A DNA stretch of 49,370 nucleotides from Chloroflexota bacterium (GCA_025449555.1 JANWJD010000030.1:1-49370), one strand, 5' to 3'. Shown: positions 8,339 through 18,940, counted from the first letter of the stretch. The notes: generated from the sequence alone by a model not told the origin. Program-made: numbers and translations.

Positions 8339-8370
8339 GACCGGAGGTTTTCACCTCCGGTCTTCTTTTT
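8339..8370 (+). terminator. Attenuator intrinsic terminator
   Basis: GACCGGAGGT-TTTC-ACCTCCGGTC 10-bp stem followed by TTCTTTTT, before the aroF start. Confidence 0.9.
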
Positions 8371-8420
8371 GCCTCACCAAGGAGAATCCCGTGATCGCGG
8401 TAGCAGAGGAGATTGGGAAT

Positions 8421-9434
8421 ATGATCATCGTCATGCAGAGCCATGCCGGCCCGGAGCACATCCGCAGCGTGGTACAGCGCATCGAGGAGATGGGATACCG
8501 ATCCAATGTCTCGGAAGGTGAGGAGACCACGATCATTGGCGTGATCGGACATAGCTCTCCGGATCAATTGGCTTCACTGGAATTCATGCCGGGTGTAGAC
8601 CGGATGGTCCCCGTCACCAAACCGTACAAACTCGGCAGCAGGGATTTCCGACCGAAGAGTACAGTGGTGCAGGTAGGTGACGCTCGCTTCGGCGGCGAAG
8701 CACTGGTTATGATCGCCGGTCCCTGCTCGGTCGAAAGTGACCACCAACTATGGGAGGCGGCACGCGCCGTCAAGGCAAGCGGCGCCCAGGTGTTGCGCGG
8801 TGGCGCTTTCAAGCCGCGTTCCTCTCCATACAGTTTCCAGGGACTCGGCAAGCCGGCCCTCGAGATGCTCGACCAGGTGGGCGATGAGTTGGGCCTCCAG
8901 GTGATTACCGAGGTGCTCACACCGGACGATGTCGACCTGGTCGCCTCATACGCAGACATCTTGCAAGTTGGCGCACGAAACATGCAGAACTTTACGTTGC
9001 TGCAGGAAGTTGGCCGCTCAGGTCATCCGGTGCTGCTCAAGCGTGGGATGAGCGCTACTCTGGAAGAACTGCTCATGTCGGCGGAATACATTCTGGCCAA
9101 CGGAAATGACAACGTGATCCTGTGCGAACGTGGCATCCGGACGTTTGAGGATTCCACCCGATTCACCCTGGACATCAGCGCGATTCCAGTGCTCAAACAC
9201 CTCACCCACCTTCCCGTCATCGTCGACCCGAGTCATGCCACCGGTAAGTGGGCGTTCGTGCCGGCGGTGGCCAAAGCGGGTGTAGCGGCGGGGGCGGACG
9301 GTCTCATCATTGAAGTTCACCCGCGACCCGAGGAGGCGTTGTCGGATGGGCCACAATCGCTGAAACTCGAACGATTCGCGCAACTCATGATTGAGTTGAA
9401 GCCTCTTGCCCTCGCGGTCGGCAGGTCCCTGTGA
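8421..9434 (+). CDS. aroF: DAHP synthase type I-beta with N-terminal ACT/ferredoxin-like regulatory domain
   Basis: MIIVM...IIGVIG N-domain; [37 protein letters not shown] and DPSH. Alternative in-frame GTG start at 8391. Confidence 0.96.
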   Translation: MIIVMQSHAGPEHIRSVVQRIEEMGYRSNVSEGEETTIIGVIGHSSPDQLASLEFMPGVDRMVPVTKPYKLGSRDFRPKSTVVQVGDARFGGEALVMIAGPCSVESDHQLWEAARAVKASGAQVLRGGAFKPRSSPYSFQGLGKPALEMLDQVGDELGLQVITEVLTPDDVDLVASYADILQVGARNMQNFTLLQEVGRSGHPVLLKRGMSATLEELLMSAEYILANGNDNVILCERGIRTFEDSTRFTLDISAIPVLKHLTHLPVIVDPSHATGKWAFVPAVAKAGVAAGADGLIIEVHPRPEEALSDGPQSLKLERFAQLMIELKPLALAVGRSL

Positions 9435-10276
9435 CCCAACGCCGAGTAGCCGTGATCGGCCTCGGCTTGATCGGGGCGTCGTTGGGAGGAGCGCTGCGCG
9501 CTCGGGGCTACCTCGTGAGCGGGCTGGACCATGATCCAGCTACCATGCAAACGGCTCTGGATCGAGGTCTGGTCGACGTCGTCTCCGATGACTTGAGGGT
9601 GGTTCTGAAGGAAGCGGATCTGGTGATCCTCGCCATGCCCGTCCTCTCCATCATCGATACGCTGCCTCAGATCGATGAACTGTCGCGTCCCGGTGCCGTT
9701 ATCATGGACGTCGGCAGCGTCAAAGGACCGGTGGTTGACGCCATGGAACGGCTGCCGGGTGCGGGGCGGATGATCGGTGGACATCCCATCGCGGGCAAAG
9801 AACAATCGGGACCCGGCGTGGCCGATGTCTCGCTTTTCCAGAGACGTTCATTTGCGCTGGTGCCGAGCGGCGCGACGAGCATTCCCACCCTTCACACTGC
9901 CGAGTCAGTGGTTCGAGCGGTAGGGGGTGTTCCGGTCGTCCTCGCGGCCGTGGAGCACGACCGCATGGTCGCCATGACCAGCCACCTTCCGCAACTGCTT
10001 GCGACGGCCCTCGCGCTCTCAGTCGAGCCGCGCGATGAGAGTCTGGCCGGGCCAGGGCTGCGCGACATGACCCGGCTGGCGGCGAGCGGGGCAAGCATGT
10101 GGACAGATATTCTGGTGTCGAATGCCGACAATATTGCGGCTGCGCTCGGGGGGTGTGTGGCGCAACTTCAAAACCTGAGCACGATGGCAAGCGCCGGAGA
10201 TACGGTGGCACTGGAAGGTGCCATGACGCTCGCCAACGAACGTGCCGCCACGATCGCCGGTTCGGTGCCCTCGTGA
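9431..10276 (+). CDS. tyrA: Prephenate/arogenate dehydrogenase (no C-terminal ACT domain)
   Basis: [33 protein letters not shown] and [11 protein letters not shown]. Confidence 0.93.
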   Translation: MTQRRVAVIGLGLIGASLGGALRARGYLVSGLDHDPATMQTALDRGLVDVVSDDLRVVLKEADLVILAMPVLSIIDTLPQIDELSRPGAVIMDVGSVKGPVVDAMERLPGAGRMIGGHPIAGKEQSGPGVADVSLFQRRSFALVPSGATSIPTLHTAESVVRAVGGVPVVLAAVEHDRMVAMTSHLPQLLATALALSVEPRDESLAGPGLRDMTRLAASGASMWTDILVSNADNIAAALGGCVAQLQNLSTMASAGDTVALEGAMTLANERAATIAGSVPS

Positions 10277-11553
10277 TGTGGCGCGTGCGTCCGTCCACGA
10301 TTGGTGGCTCGGCGTCCGTGCCGGGAGATAAATCTATCGCCCATCGAGCTTTGATGCTGGCCGGGCTCGCTCGAGGTACCTCCGTCATCCAGAATCTGCC
10401 GAGCGGCGAGGACGTCCGATCGACTGCGTCATGCATGGGTCGATTGGGCGTCGTACTCGACCTGCAATCCGGCAGCGCACGACTGGATTCGGCAGGCGAA
10501 CTGCGTGCACCCGAGCAAGAACTCAATGCGGGAAACTCGGGCACTACTATGCGATTGCTCGCCGGCATGCTCGCGGGCCAGACGTTCTCCAGCCGGCTGA
10601 CCGGTGATGCATCGCTCCGACGCCGTCCCATGGGAAGGGTGGTCGATCCTCTGCGCCAGATGGGAGCCTTGATTGCCACTCGCGACGGTTGCGCACCGCT
10701 CGATATCGCCGGCAGCAATCTCCACGGAATCACCTACACCTTGCCCGTCGCGAGCGCTCAAGTGAAGTCGGCGGTGCTGCTGGCGGGACTCTTCGCGACC
10801 GGCACGACCACGGTGATCGAGATCGTACCGGCCCGAGACCACACGGAGCGGATGCTCACTGCGTTGGGTCTGAACGTGCGACGACATGGGATGTCGGTCC
10901 AGGTCGAACGCGGCACACCTCCGAACGGATTCGAGCTGACGGTTCCGGGTGATATCTCATCCGCCGCATTTCTTTTGGCGGCTGCAGCCGTCACGGATGG
11001 CGCAGTGTCGCTGGATTCGATTGGGTTGAATCCTACTCGAACCGCCATTCTCAGTGTGCTCGAGCGGATGGGAGCTTCCGTCACTGCCGCGATAGAGCGA
11101 GAAGAGACCGGTGAGCCACGCGGATCAATCGCCGTGAGCGGCCGCATCGAGCGCCCGATCTGCCTCTGTGCGGAGGATGTCCCAGGGTTAGTGGATGAGC
11201 TCCCGTTAATCGCCCTGCTCGCCACCCAGGTCGCGGGTGAAAGCGTGATCGAAGGGGCAGCGGAGTTACGCGTAAAAGAAGCTGACCGGATCGCGGCGGT
11301 CACACAAGAACTTCAGGTGCTGGGAGCCGATATCGAGGAGAGACCGGACGGGTGGCGCATTCATGGCAAGAGACCGTTGCGAGGCAGAAAGGTGCAGAGT
11401 CACGGCGACCACCGCCTGGCTATGATGCTTGCAGTCGCGGGAGCGTGCGCCCAGGGAGAGACCACCATCGAGGGCGCCGAGGCAGCCGATGTCTCGTTTC
11501 CCGGGTTCGCCTCAGTCTTTGCGTCGCTGGGAGCCGCGATTGATGAAGATTGA
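10276..11553 (+). CDS. aroA: EPSP synthase (class II)
   Basis: PGDKSIAHRA, GNSGTTMRL, SAQVKSA, RDHTERM, ELRVKEADR and DHRLAM; TGATG coupling to tyrA. Confidence 0.96.
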   Translation: MWRVRPSTIGGSASVPGDKSIAHRALMLAGLARGTSVIQNLPSGEDVRSTASCMGRLGVVLDLQSGSARLDSAGELRAPEQELNAGNSGTTMRLLAGMLAGQTFSSRLTGDASLRRRPMGRVVDPLRQMGALIATRDGCAPLDIAGSNLHGITYTLPVASAQVKSAVLLAGLFATGTTTVIEIVPARDHTERMLTALGLNVRRHGMSVQVERGTPPNGFELTVPGDISSAAFLLAAAAVTDGAVSLDSIGLNPTRTAILSVLERMGASVTAAIEREETGEPRGSIAVSGRIERPICLCAEDVPGLVDELPLIALLATQVAGESVIEGAAELRVKEADRIAAVTQELQVLGADIEERPDGWRIHGKRPLRGRKVQSHGDHRLAMMLAVAGACAQGETTIEGAEAADVSFPGFASVFASLGAAIDED

Positions 11554-12391
11554 TCGATTCGTGGTGATCGGCGACCCGATTGCGCACAGCCTGTCGCCGG
11601 TGATGCATCGTGCCGCCTTCGCCGCCGCGGGTGTCGACGCCACGTACGAGAAGGAACGGGTTTCCCCCTCCTCACTCGGTACGTGGGTTCAAGCCGCACG
11701 GGAGCGACCACTTGCCGGCTTCAATGTCACCATTCCGCATAAGGAATCGATCGGCTCATACGTCGACGAGCTGGACGAATCCGCTCGACGCGTGGGCGCC
11801 GTGAACACAGTCGTTAACCGCGACGGCGTGCTGACCGGATACAACACCGACCTTGCGGGCTTCATTGCTACGGTGCGATCTCTCGAAGTGGGACTGCGAG
11901 GGCAGCCGGTGGTGGTGATCGGAGCCGGGGGGTCGGCCGGAGCGGTCGTGCGGGCTCTGGACGATCTAGGCGCGCACGTGACCATCTGCAATCGACACGA
12001 AGGCAACGCCCGCAATCTGGCCGGGAGGCTTTCGATCCCGGCGACGACCATGGAACTCCATAGTTCCGCAGCACGACACGCCATCGAAAGTTCTCGTCTG
12101 GTGGTCAATACCACACCGCTTGGAATGAGCCATTTGCCGGTGTCGCCGCTTCCAAACGAGACGTATCTGAATCGACGAACGGCGGTCATTGACCTGGTGT
12201 ACGGGCTGACGACACCGCTCGTCACGCAGGCTCGGGCCGCGGGTTGCCTGGTGCTCGACGGGATTGAGATGTTGGTCCAGCAAGGCGCCGCTAGTTTCGA
12301 GCTATGGACCGGCGTGGCGCCGGACCTGGACGTCATGCGGGCAGCCTGCAGGCACTCATTCAGGGAGGTAGATCGATGCTCCGTTTCCTGA
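11543..12391 (+). CDS. aroE: Shikimate dehydrogenase
   Basis: GDPIAHSLSP, NVTIPHK, GAVNT, GYNTD, GAGGSA and DGIEMLVQQG. Confidence 0.95.
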   Translation: MKIDRFVVIGDPIAHSLSPVMHRAAFAAAGVDATYEKERVSPSSLGTWVQAARERPLAGFNVTIPHKESIGSYVDELDESARRVGAVNTVVNRDGVLTGYNTDLAGFIATVRSLEVGLRGQPVVVIGAGGSAGAVVRALDDLGAHVTICNRHEGNARNLAGRLSIPATTMELHSSAARHAIESSRLVVNTTPLGMSHLPVSPLPNETYLNRRTAVIDLVYGLTTPLVTQARAAGCLVLDGIEMLVQQGAASFELWTGVAPDLDVMRAACRHSFREVDRCSVS

Positions 12392-13491
12392 CCGCCGGTG
12401 AGTCGCACGGTCCCTCCCTCACCGGCATCCTCGAAGGCATGCCGGCCGGCCTGCAGGTCGATACGCACTTGATCGACCGCGATCTGGTTCGCCGCCAGGG
12501 AGGCTATGGACGCAGCGGGCGCCAGAAGATCGAAAAAGATCACATCGATTGGCTGTCGGGCATGGAAAATGGCTGCTCGACCGGAGCGCCCATCGCGATG
12601 AGAATCGAAAACCGAGACTATGCGAATCAGCAAAAACGCGAAAAGCCGGTGTTGACTGTGCCGCGACCGGGACACGCCGACCTGGCGGGCGCCACCAAGT
12701 ATCGATTGGCAGACATGCGAACCGTGCTCGAACGAGCAAGTGCACGTGAGACGGCTATGCGGGTTGCGGTGGGAGCGCTCGCCAAACGGTTGCTCAGCGA
12801 GTTTGGGATCGTGGTGGCGGGCCAGGTCATTTCAATCGGCGATGAAGTAGTGCAAGGCGCGGATCTCGCGGATCCTGCAGTCCGTGATCGCATTGAAGTA
12901 TCAGAAGTACGTGTGGCCGATCCGGAGGCGGAACGGCGCTTCATCGAGCGGATCGACCAGGCCCGGCGTGACCGCGATACGCTGGGTGGCGTGTTCGAGG
13001 TGCAGGTTCTCGGCGTGCCGGTGGGCCTGGGGAGCTATGTGCAGTGGGATCGCAAATTGGACGGCCGGCTGGCGCAAGCAGTCATGAGCATCCAGGCGAT
13101 CAAGGGAGTCGAAATCGGCGCAGGGTTTGAGAACGCGCGGACGCCGGGCACCAGGGCGCACGATGCGATTCTGCCGGGTGAGAGCGGTCCGCAACGTGGC
13201 AGTAATCGCGCCGGGGGCCTGGAGGGCGGCGTGACCAATGGCGAACCGGTCATCGTGCGAGGGGCCATGAAGCCGATATCAACGACTTTGACTCCCATGC
13301 AGAGCATCGACGTCCGGACCGGGGAGGGCGCGCTGGCGCAGTATCAGCGATCCGACATCTGCGCCGTTCCTGCCGCTTGCGTGGTAGGCGAGGCGATGGT
13401 GGCGTTCGTCATGGCAGACGCGGTATTGGAAAAGTTTGGCGGTGACAGTATTGCTGAAATACACGAACACTTCAAATCGGTGGCGCGGTGA
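12376..13491 (+). CDS. aroC: Chorismate synthase
   Basis: MLRFLTAGESHG, PRPGHAD, ERASARET, NRAGGLEGG and RSDICAVP. Confidence 0.97.
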   Translation: MLRFLTAGESHGPSLTGILEGMPAGLQVDTHLIDRDLVRRQGGYGRSGRQKIEKDHIDWLSGMENGCSTGAPIAMRIENRDYANQQKREKPVLTVPRPGHADLAGATKYRLADMRTVLERASARETAMRVAVGALAKRLLSEFGIVVAGQVISIGDEVVQGADLADPAVRDRIEVSEVRVADPEAERRFIERIDQARRDRDTLGGVFEVQVLGVPVGLGSYVQWDRKLDGRLAQAVMSIQAIKGVEIGAGFENARTPGTRAHDAILPGESGPQRGSNRAGGLEGGVTNGEPVIVRGAMKPISTTLTPMQSIDVRTGEGALAQYQRSDICAVPAACVVGEAMVAFVMADAVLEKFGGDSIAEIHEHFKSVAR

Positions 13492-15059
13492 GGAACCTGA
13501 TTCTGACCGGCTTCATGGGGACTGGAAAGACCACGGTTGGCCGCATTTTGGCTCGTCGCTTCGGCCTGGAATTTCTGGACACGGACGATGAGATCGAGCG
13601 CACATGCGGTTGTAGTGTGGCCGAGCTATTTGCCCGCGACGGCGAGAGCTGTTTCCGCCAACTGGAAACGCAAATATTCAGTGAGGCGCTTCAGGCGTCC
13701 GGGCAAGTGATCGCCACGGGCGGGGGAACGCTCTTGAGCGGGAGCAACCGTCTGCTCCTGGGGTCCGACCAGGAGGTCGTGTGCCTGACCTGCGACCCGG
13801 ATACCATAGCGCAACGCGTCGGCGATGCACGCCAGCGTCCACTGTTTGACCCGCGGCAACCCCGGAAGGTAAGAACCCTGCTGGCGGAACGTGAGCCCGT
13901 TTACTCTCTCTACTCGCAGGTGGACACTACCAACAGATCGCCGGAGCAGGTTGCCCAGGCAGTCACAGATTTGATCCCGCTGGCTGAAGCCGCTGCCTTC
14001 GACCTCACCCAGACCCAGCAGTCGAGGGTTCTGTTCGAAGCCGGACTGTTGCCGCGTGCCGGCACGACTCTGGCGCGACATGGCTTGACGGCTTCGGTCC
14101 TGGTGCTCACCGATTCCACGGTAGCCGGCCTGCCCATCTTCAACGCGATGCGAGCGTCGCTCGCAGCCGCGGGGCTCGACACTCACGTCCACACGATCCA
14201 TCCGGGAGAGGAGCATAAAACGCTTCAGACCATGGACGGCGTCTACCAGGCAGCAATGCAGGCGAGACTGGATCGCTCCTCCACCGTGTTGGGAATGGGC
14301 GGCGGCGTCGTGGGAGACATGGCCGGTCTGCTGGCGGCAACCTACCTGCGCGGACTGAACCTGGTGCTGGCTCCGACGACGTTGCTGGCGCAGGTGGATG
14401 CGGCGATTGGCGGCAAGGTCGGCGTCGACTTTCATGCGGCGAAGAACATGATCGGGGCTTTCAAGCCGGCCAATCTGGTACTGATCGATCCAGCCGCCCT
14501 CCGGACGTTACCGGCCTCGACCCTCGCGGAAGGGTTGGTGGAAGTCATCAAGATTGGGTTCATGTGCTCCCAAGCCTTGATCTCGCAGCTGGAAGAAGTC
14601 ACGCTGGATGACGTGCTCGAGCACCCGCAGATCATTCGAGCCGCCGCTCATCAGAAGGTTGAGATCGTGCAGCGCGACCCACTCGAGCGCGGCGACCGGA
14701 TGCTGCTGAACTTCGGACACACCATCGGCCATGGGCTGGAAGCGGCCAGCGCATACCGGCTCTCGCACGGACAGGCGGTGAGTATCGGCATGGTGGCGGA
14801 GACGCGCCTGGCCGTGACCCACGGCTGGTGCGCCGAGTCGACGCTGGAGACTCTTCGCTCGCTGCTTGCTCGATTTTCGCTGCCGACTGAGGTCGGGCAC
14901 ATAGACTGTGACGCAGTCTTACGCTTCGTGGGTCAGGACAAAAAGCGACGGGCAGGCGCGATCCGGCTGGCGATTCCGCGAGACATTGGGGACGGGGCCG
15001 TGGTCGAGGTTTCACTCGACGATGTGCGATCGGCATTGACCGAAGGCGCGAAGGTGTAA
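13488..15059 (+). CDS. aroB: Bifunctional shikimate kinase / 3-dehydroquinate synthase (AroK-AroB fusion)
   Basis: N-terminal GFMGTGKTT, GExxFR, ATGGG and RPL; C-terminal [31 protein letters not shown] and DKK. Confidence 0.95.
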   Translation: MRNLILTGFMGTGKTTVGRILARRFGLEFLDTDDEIERTCGCSVAELFARDGESCFRQLETQIFSEALQASGQVIATGGGTLLSGSNRLLLGSDQEVVCLTCDPDTIAQRVGDARQRPLFDPRQPRKVRTLLAEREPVYSLYSQVDTTNRSPEQVAQAVTDLIPLAEAAAFDLTQTQQSRVLFEAGLLPRAGTTLARHGLTASVLVLTDSTVAGLPIFNAMRASLAAAGLDTHVHTIHPGEEHKTLQTMDGVYQAAMQARLDRSSTVLGMGGGVVGDMAGLLAATYLRGLNLVLAPTTLLAQVDAAIGGKVGVDFHAAKNMIGAFKPANLVLIDPAALRTLPASTLAEGLVEVIKIGFMCSQALISQLEEVTLDDVLEHPQIIRAAAHQKVEIVQRDPLERGDRMLLNFGHTIGHGLEAASAYRLSHGQAVSIGMVAETRLAVTHGWCAESTLETLRSLLARFSLPTEVGHIDCDAVLRFVGQDKKRRAGAIRLAIPRDIGDGAVVEVSLDDVRSALTEGAKV

Positions 15060-15060
15060 C

Positions 15061-15504
15061 GTGGCCTCGATCCTCGTCTTACACGGCCCGAACCTCAACT
15101 TGACCGGCACGCGTGAGCCGGAAATTTACGGACGCACCACACTGGCCGAAATCGATGAACGACTCCACGCGGTGGCGCGAGAACGTGGCGCCGTCATTCG
15201 CACGACGCAGTCAAACCACGCAGGGGTGCTGATTGATACGCTGCATGAGGTGCGGAACTGGGCCAACGGGTGCATATTCAACCCCGGTGCGTTCACACAC
15301 TACAGTTACGCCCTGCGAGACGCGGTCGCGGCGGTTGACTACCCAGTGGTGGAGGTCCATATGTCGCTCCCGGCGGCCCGCGAAGCGTTTCGTCACACGT
15401 CGGTCATCGCTCCGGTCTGTCTGGCACAGGTGGCCGGTTTCGGGGCACGCAGTTACGATCTGGCATTGCTCGGGTTATTGCAGAGCCTGGAGGGACGAAC
15501 GTGA
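15061..15504 (+). CDS. aroQ: Type II 3-dehydroquinate dehydratase
   Basis: [32 protein letters not shown] and EVHMS. Confidence 0.96.
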   Translation: MASILVLHGPNLNLTGTREPEIYGRTTLAEIDERLHAVARERGAVIRTTQSNHAGVLIDTLHEVRNWANGCIFNPGAFTHYSYALRDAVAAVDYPVVEVHMSLPAAREAFRHTSVIAPVCLAQVAGFGARSYDLALLGLLQSLEGRT

Positions 15505-15857
15505 AGGCGCTGCGCGGCGCGATCACTGCACATGCCAACACGGAAGAGGCGATCATCGATGGTACCCGTACCCTGCTGTCATGCCTGGTGGAGCGTAACC
15601 ACCTGACTCTCGAGGAAGTCGTCAGCGTCTTCTTCACGTTGACGCCGGATCTCAATGCGTGTTTCCCCGCACGTGCTGCGCGCGAGATGGGATGGGATGT
15701 GCCGATGCTGGACATGCAAGAAATCGACGTGCCCGGGGCCCTGGCGTTCTGCATTCGGGTTCTCGTGCACGCAGAAATCAACCGGCCGCCGCGCCATGCG
15801 TACCTGCGCGGTGCGGTCAGCCTTCGTCCGGACCTTGAAACAGAGAGTGCACCATGA
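15501..15857 (+). CDS. aroH: AroH-class chorismate mutase
   Basis: [27 protein letters not shown] and H.YL.GA..LRPDL. Confidence 0.95.
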   Translation: MKALRGAITAHANTEEAIIDGTRTLLSCLVERNHLTLEEVVSVFFTLTPDLNACFPARAAREMGWDVPMLDMQEIDVPGALAFCIRVLVHAEINRPPRHAYLRGAVSLRPDLETESAP

Positions 15858-17305
15858 ACAACGACTATTTCCCCTCCCTCGGGGAGTGCCGGCGAATCGG
15901 TATGACCGGCTACCCGATCGCCATTTCCCGGGAAGTCTTCGCCGATCTCGACACGCCGGTGTCCGCCTATCTGAAAGTGCGCGAAGCCGGGCCGAGCTTC
16001 CTCCTGGAAAGCGTGGAAGGCGGTCAGAGCCTTGGCCGATACTCCTTCATCGGGTCACGTCCACGCCGCGTCTTGCGCGTGGCCGGTGGGATGCGCCGCT
16101 TCGACGATGATCCTCCCATTCTCTGTCCGGATCCACTCCAAGCGATTCGCGCGATGGTCGACGCCTACGGTCCTTCACCGGCCCCAGATGCTCGCTTTGC
16201 GGGCGGCGCGGTGGGTTACCTGAGTTATGAAGCCGCTCGCTGGTTCGAACGGATTCCGCTGGCCCCGGAAGATCCATTGGGACTTCCGGATGCGGTATTC
16301 CTCGACGTCGATACTGTCCTGATTTTCGACCACGTGCGCCGCAAGATTCGCATCGTGAGTCATGCCTGGCCGTCCGCATCGATCGAACGGTCGTACGGCT
16401 GTGCGGCCGATCGAATCGACGAGATCGCGGAGCGCCTGGAGCGCCCGGTGGATGCTCCGCCGCTGCCGCCGCCGGTGCACCTGCAACCGAGCAGCAACCT
16501 CGAGCCGTCGGAGTTCGAGGATATGGTGGTCGCCGGCAAGAAACATATCCGAGCCGGCGACATACTGCAAATCGTACTGTCGCAACGTTTGAGCATGCCG
16601 CTGGAGGGCGACCCCTTCGGGCTGTATCGGCGGCTTCGCACCGTCAGCCCTTCACCGTATATGTATTATCTCGACCTGGGTGACCATCAATTAGTAGGTG
16701 CTTCACCCGAATTGCTCATCCAGGTGGAGGACGGAGTCGTCTCGAGCAGGCCGATTGCCGGTACACGACGACGCGGCAGGAATCGCGAAGAGGATATGGC
16801 CCTGGCCAGGGATCTGGTCGAGGATGAAAAGGAGCGAGCCGAACACCTCATGTTGGTCGACCTCGCGCGGAACGATGTCGGACGGGTGAGCGCGGCGGGC
16901 ACGGTCGAAGTATCGAATTTCATGGGCGTGGAACAGTTCTCACATGTCATGCATCTGGTCTCGGATGTGACCGGCCGCCTCGGAGCGGACTTTTCGCCCT
17001 ACGACGCGCTACGCGCCGCGTTTCCCGCCGGCACGGTGTCCGGAGCGCCAAAAATTCGGGCGATGCAGATCATCTCCGAACTTGAACGTGACCAGCGCGG
17101 CTCCTACGCCGGAGCGGCCGGATTCATCGGCAAAGGCGGCAACATGGAAACCGCCATCACGATTCGAACGGGTCTGATCAAAGGTGGTGTGCTCCACCTG
17201 CAGGCCGGAGCGGGCATCGTGGCGGACTCGGTGCCGGAGCGGGAGTACGGCGAATCCATGAATAAGGCGCGGGCCATGTTGGAAGCCGCGGGAGGCGCAG
17301 CATGA
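15854..17305 (+). CDS. trpE: Anthranilate synthase component I
   Basis: LLES and SPSPYM Trp-feedback motifs; PIAGT (PabB usually has PIKGT); EHLMLVDLARND and GAPKIRAMQII. Confidence 0.88.
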   Translation: MNNDYFPSLGECRRIGMTGYPIAISREVFADLDTPVSAYLKVREAGPSFLLESVEGGQSLGRYSFIGSRPRRVLRVAGGMRRFDDDPPILCPDPLQAIRAMVDAYGPSPAPDARFAGGAVGYLSYEAARWFERIPLAPEDPLGLPDAVFLDVDTVLIFDHVRRKIRIVSHAWPSASIERSYGCAADRIDEIAERLERPVDAPPLPPPVHLQPSSNLEPSEFEDMVVAGKKHIRAGDILQIVLSQRLSMPLEGDPFGLYRRLRTVSPSPYMYYLDLGDHQLVGASPELLIQVEDGVVSSRPIAGTRRRGRNREEDMALARDLVEDEKERAEHLMLVDLARNDVGRVSAAGTVEVSNFMGVEQFSHVMHLVSDVTGRLGADFSPYDALRAAFPAGTVSGAPKIRAMQIISELERDQRGSYAGAAGFIGKGGNMETAITIRTGLIKGGVLHLQAGAGIVADSVPEREYGESMNKARAMLEAAGGAA

Positions 17306-17877
17306 TCTTGTTGATCGACAATTACGACAGCTTCACTTACAACCTATATCAAGTGCTGTCGGTGCTCGGGGCTGAAGTTCGGGTAGAGCGCAATGACGCG
17401 ATCTCGGTTGAGGAGGTTGTACAACTTCGGCCGGACGGAATCGTGGTCTCGCCCGGTCCCGGCAATCCGGGAGAGGCAGGAATATCGTGCCGGCTCATGC
17501 GCGAAGTGGGGCCATCGATTCCCACACTGGGTGTCTGCCTGGGCCATCAGTGCATCGCCGCCGCGTTTGGCGGTAACGTGGTCGGTGCTCCGGTTCTGAT
17601 GCACGGCAAGACCTCCCAGGTCTTTCATACTCAGGCCGGCGTATTGGCGCGACTGCCGTCGCCGTTCCAGGCCGTCCGGTACCATTCGCTGACGGTCGAC
17701 GAATCGTCCTTGCCCGCGTCGTTGGAGGTGACGGCTCGCTCCGAAGATGGGACCATTATGGCATTGCGCCATCGCGAATACCCCATCGAGGGTGTGCAGT
17801 TTCACCCCGAATCCGTGTTAACGCTCGACGGGCCGCAACTCCTCAGCAATTTTGTCGCCATGTGTCGCCGGCCATAG
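17302..17877 (+). CDS. trpG: Anthranilate/aminodeoxychorismate synthase component II (glutamine amidotransferase)
   Basis: IDNYDSFTYN, SPGPG, GVCLGHQ, RYHSL and QFHPES. Confidence 0.92.
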   Translation: MILLIDNYDSFTYNLYQVLSVLGAEVRVERNDAISVEEVVQLRPDGIVVSPGPGNPGEAGISCRLMREVGPSIPTLGVCLGHQCIAAAFGGNVVGAPVLMHGKTSQVFHTQAGVLARLPSPFQAVRYHSLTVDESSLPASLEVTARSEDGTIMALRHREYPIEGVQFHPESVLTLDGPQLLSNFVAMCRRP

Positions 17878-17880
17878 CGC

Positions 17881-18024
17881 GTGCTGGAACTCGAGATGCC
17901 GTTCGATCCGATCGCACTCACGGTACTCGGAACGATTTTCAGCGCGGCGGTTGTCCTGTTGCTGGTCGTCGTTTTCGTGCCGACCACCGTCATTGTCTGG
18001 TTCATTACCCGGCCACGTAACTGA
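17881..18024 (+). CDS. Small hydrophobic membrane protein (47 aa; 42 aa from ATG 17896)
   Basis: Hand translation MLELEMPFDPIALTVLGTIFSAAVVLLLVVVFVPTTVIVWFITRPRN. It starts 3 nt after the trpG stop and has GC3-rich codons. Confidence 0.55.
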   Translation: MLELEMPFDPIALTVLGTIFSAAVVLLLVVVFVPTTVIVWFITRPRN

Positions 18025-18029
18025 GCGCG

Positions 18030-18878
18030 CTACGCCAGAGCCTCGCTCGTGGCGACGGGCGCGAACAGATCGGTCTCCCGCTCACCAGCCATGGGTGGAG
18101 GCAGGACTCGAACGAAATACTCCACACCCGATCCAGCCGCGAGCGCTTCGTCAGGGATCTGCAAGTAAAAGAAGTCCGGTCGAATTTGCGTCCGGTGGAC
18201 TGCGAGGGCCTGCTTCTTGAGGCCGACAAACGGTTCGACGTCGATATGCGCGGTGATCTCCGCGTCCGGCACGCCGTATTCGTCGAAATTGAAATCTCCG
18301 TCGATCCACGGGACGGTCAACCCGTGCTCCTTGATGGCCTCCACGTAGCGGCGAAAGCCCTCCCGGGAGCGAGCTGAATAGTAGAGTTTGCGCGGGGCGT
18401 CGGGTTCCCCCTGGAGTTTTTGAAACGCTTCGACTGCGATGCGGTGCGCCATGATGTGGTCAGGATGACCGTATCCGCCCTCCTCATCGTACGCGATCAT
18501 GACCTGCGGTTGCGTCGTTCGGATGATCCCGATCAGGCGTTCGGTCGCCTCGTCAAGCGCTGCATTGGCAAACGCGGCCGGATGGGTGTTCTCCTCGGTA
18601 TCCTTCATGCCGGAGTCGCGATACCCGAGAAACATTACATCGGTTACGCCCAGTAACGCGCACGCTTTGCGGGCCTCCTCCATGCGGATCTCACCCAGCC
18701 GGGGTATCGCTTCGTCCGCCACGAGGTCCTCGTCGTGCATCTCACCCGCTTCCCCGTTCGTGCAGTACACCACGACCACCCGATCACCCTGCTGCGCGGA
18801 CTTGGCTAGGATGCCGCCGGTTGAAAACACTTCGTCATCGGGGTGCGCATGCACCGCCATCAAGCATCGATTTGCCAT
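18030..18878 (-). CDS. PIG-L family deacetylase (MshB/Mca/BshB-like)
   Basis: VHAHPDDE, TNGEAG, YRDSGM, GGYGHPDH and ALAVHRTQ. Confidence 0.92.
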   Translation of the reverse strand: MANRCLMAVHAHPDDEVFSTGGILAKSAQQGDRVVVVYCTNGEAGEMHDEDLVADEAIPRLGEIRMEEARKACALLGVTDVMFLGYRDSGMKDTEENTHPAAFANAALDEATERLIGIIRTTQPQVMIAYDEEGGYGHPDHIMAHRIAVEAFQKLQGEPDAPRKLYYSARSREGFRRYVEAIKEHGLTVPWIDGDFNFDEYGVPDAEITAHIDVEPFVGLKKQALAVHRTQIRPDFFYLQIPDEALAAGSGVEYFVRVLPPPMAGERETDLFAPVATSEALA

Positions 18879-18940
18879 TACACGCCACCACGTTCTCTGA
18901 AATCAAAACAGGTTTGTCAGCGGCATTGTATCAATGCCGG

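Noticed and set aside
8203-8420. T-box or TRAP-type regulation of the aro operon
   Set aside because: There is no GGTGGNACCGCG T-box motif and no (G/U)AG repeat array; the leader peptide explains the region.
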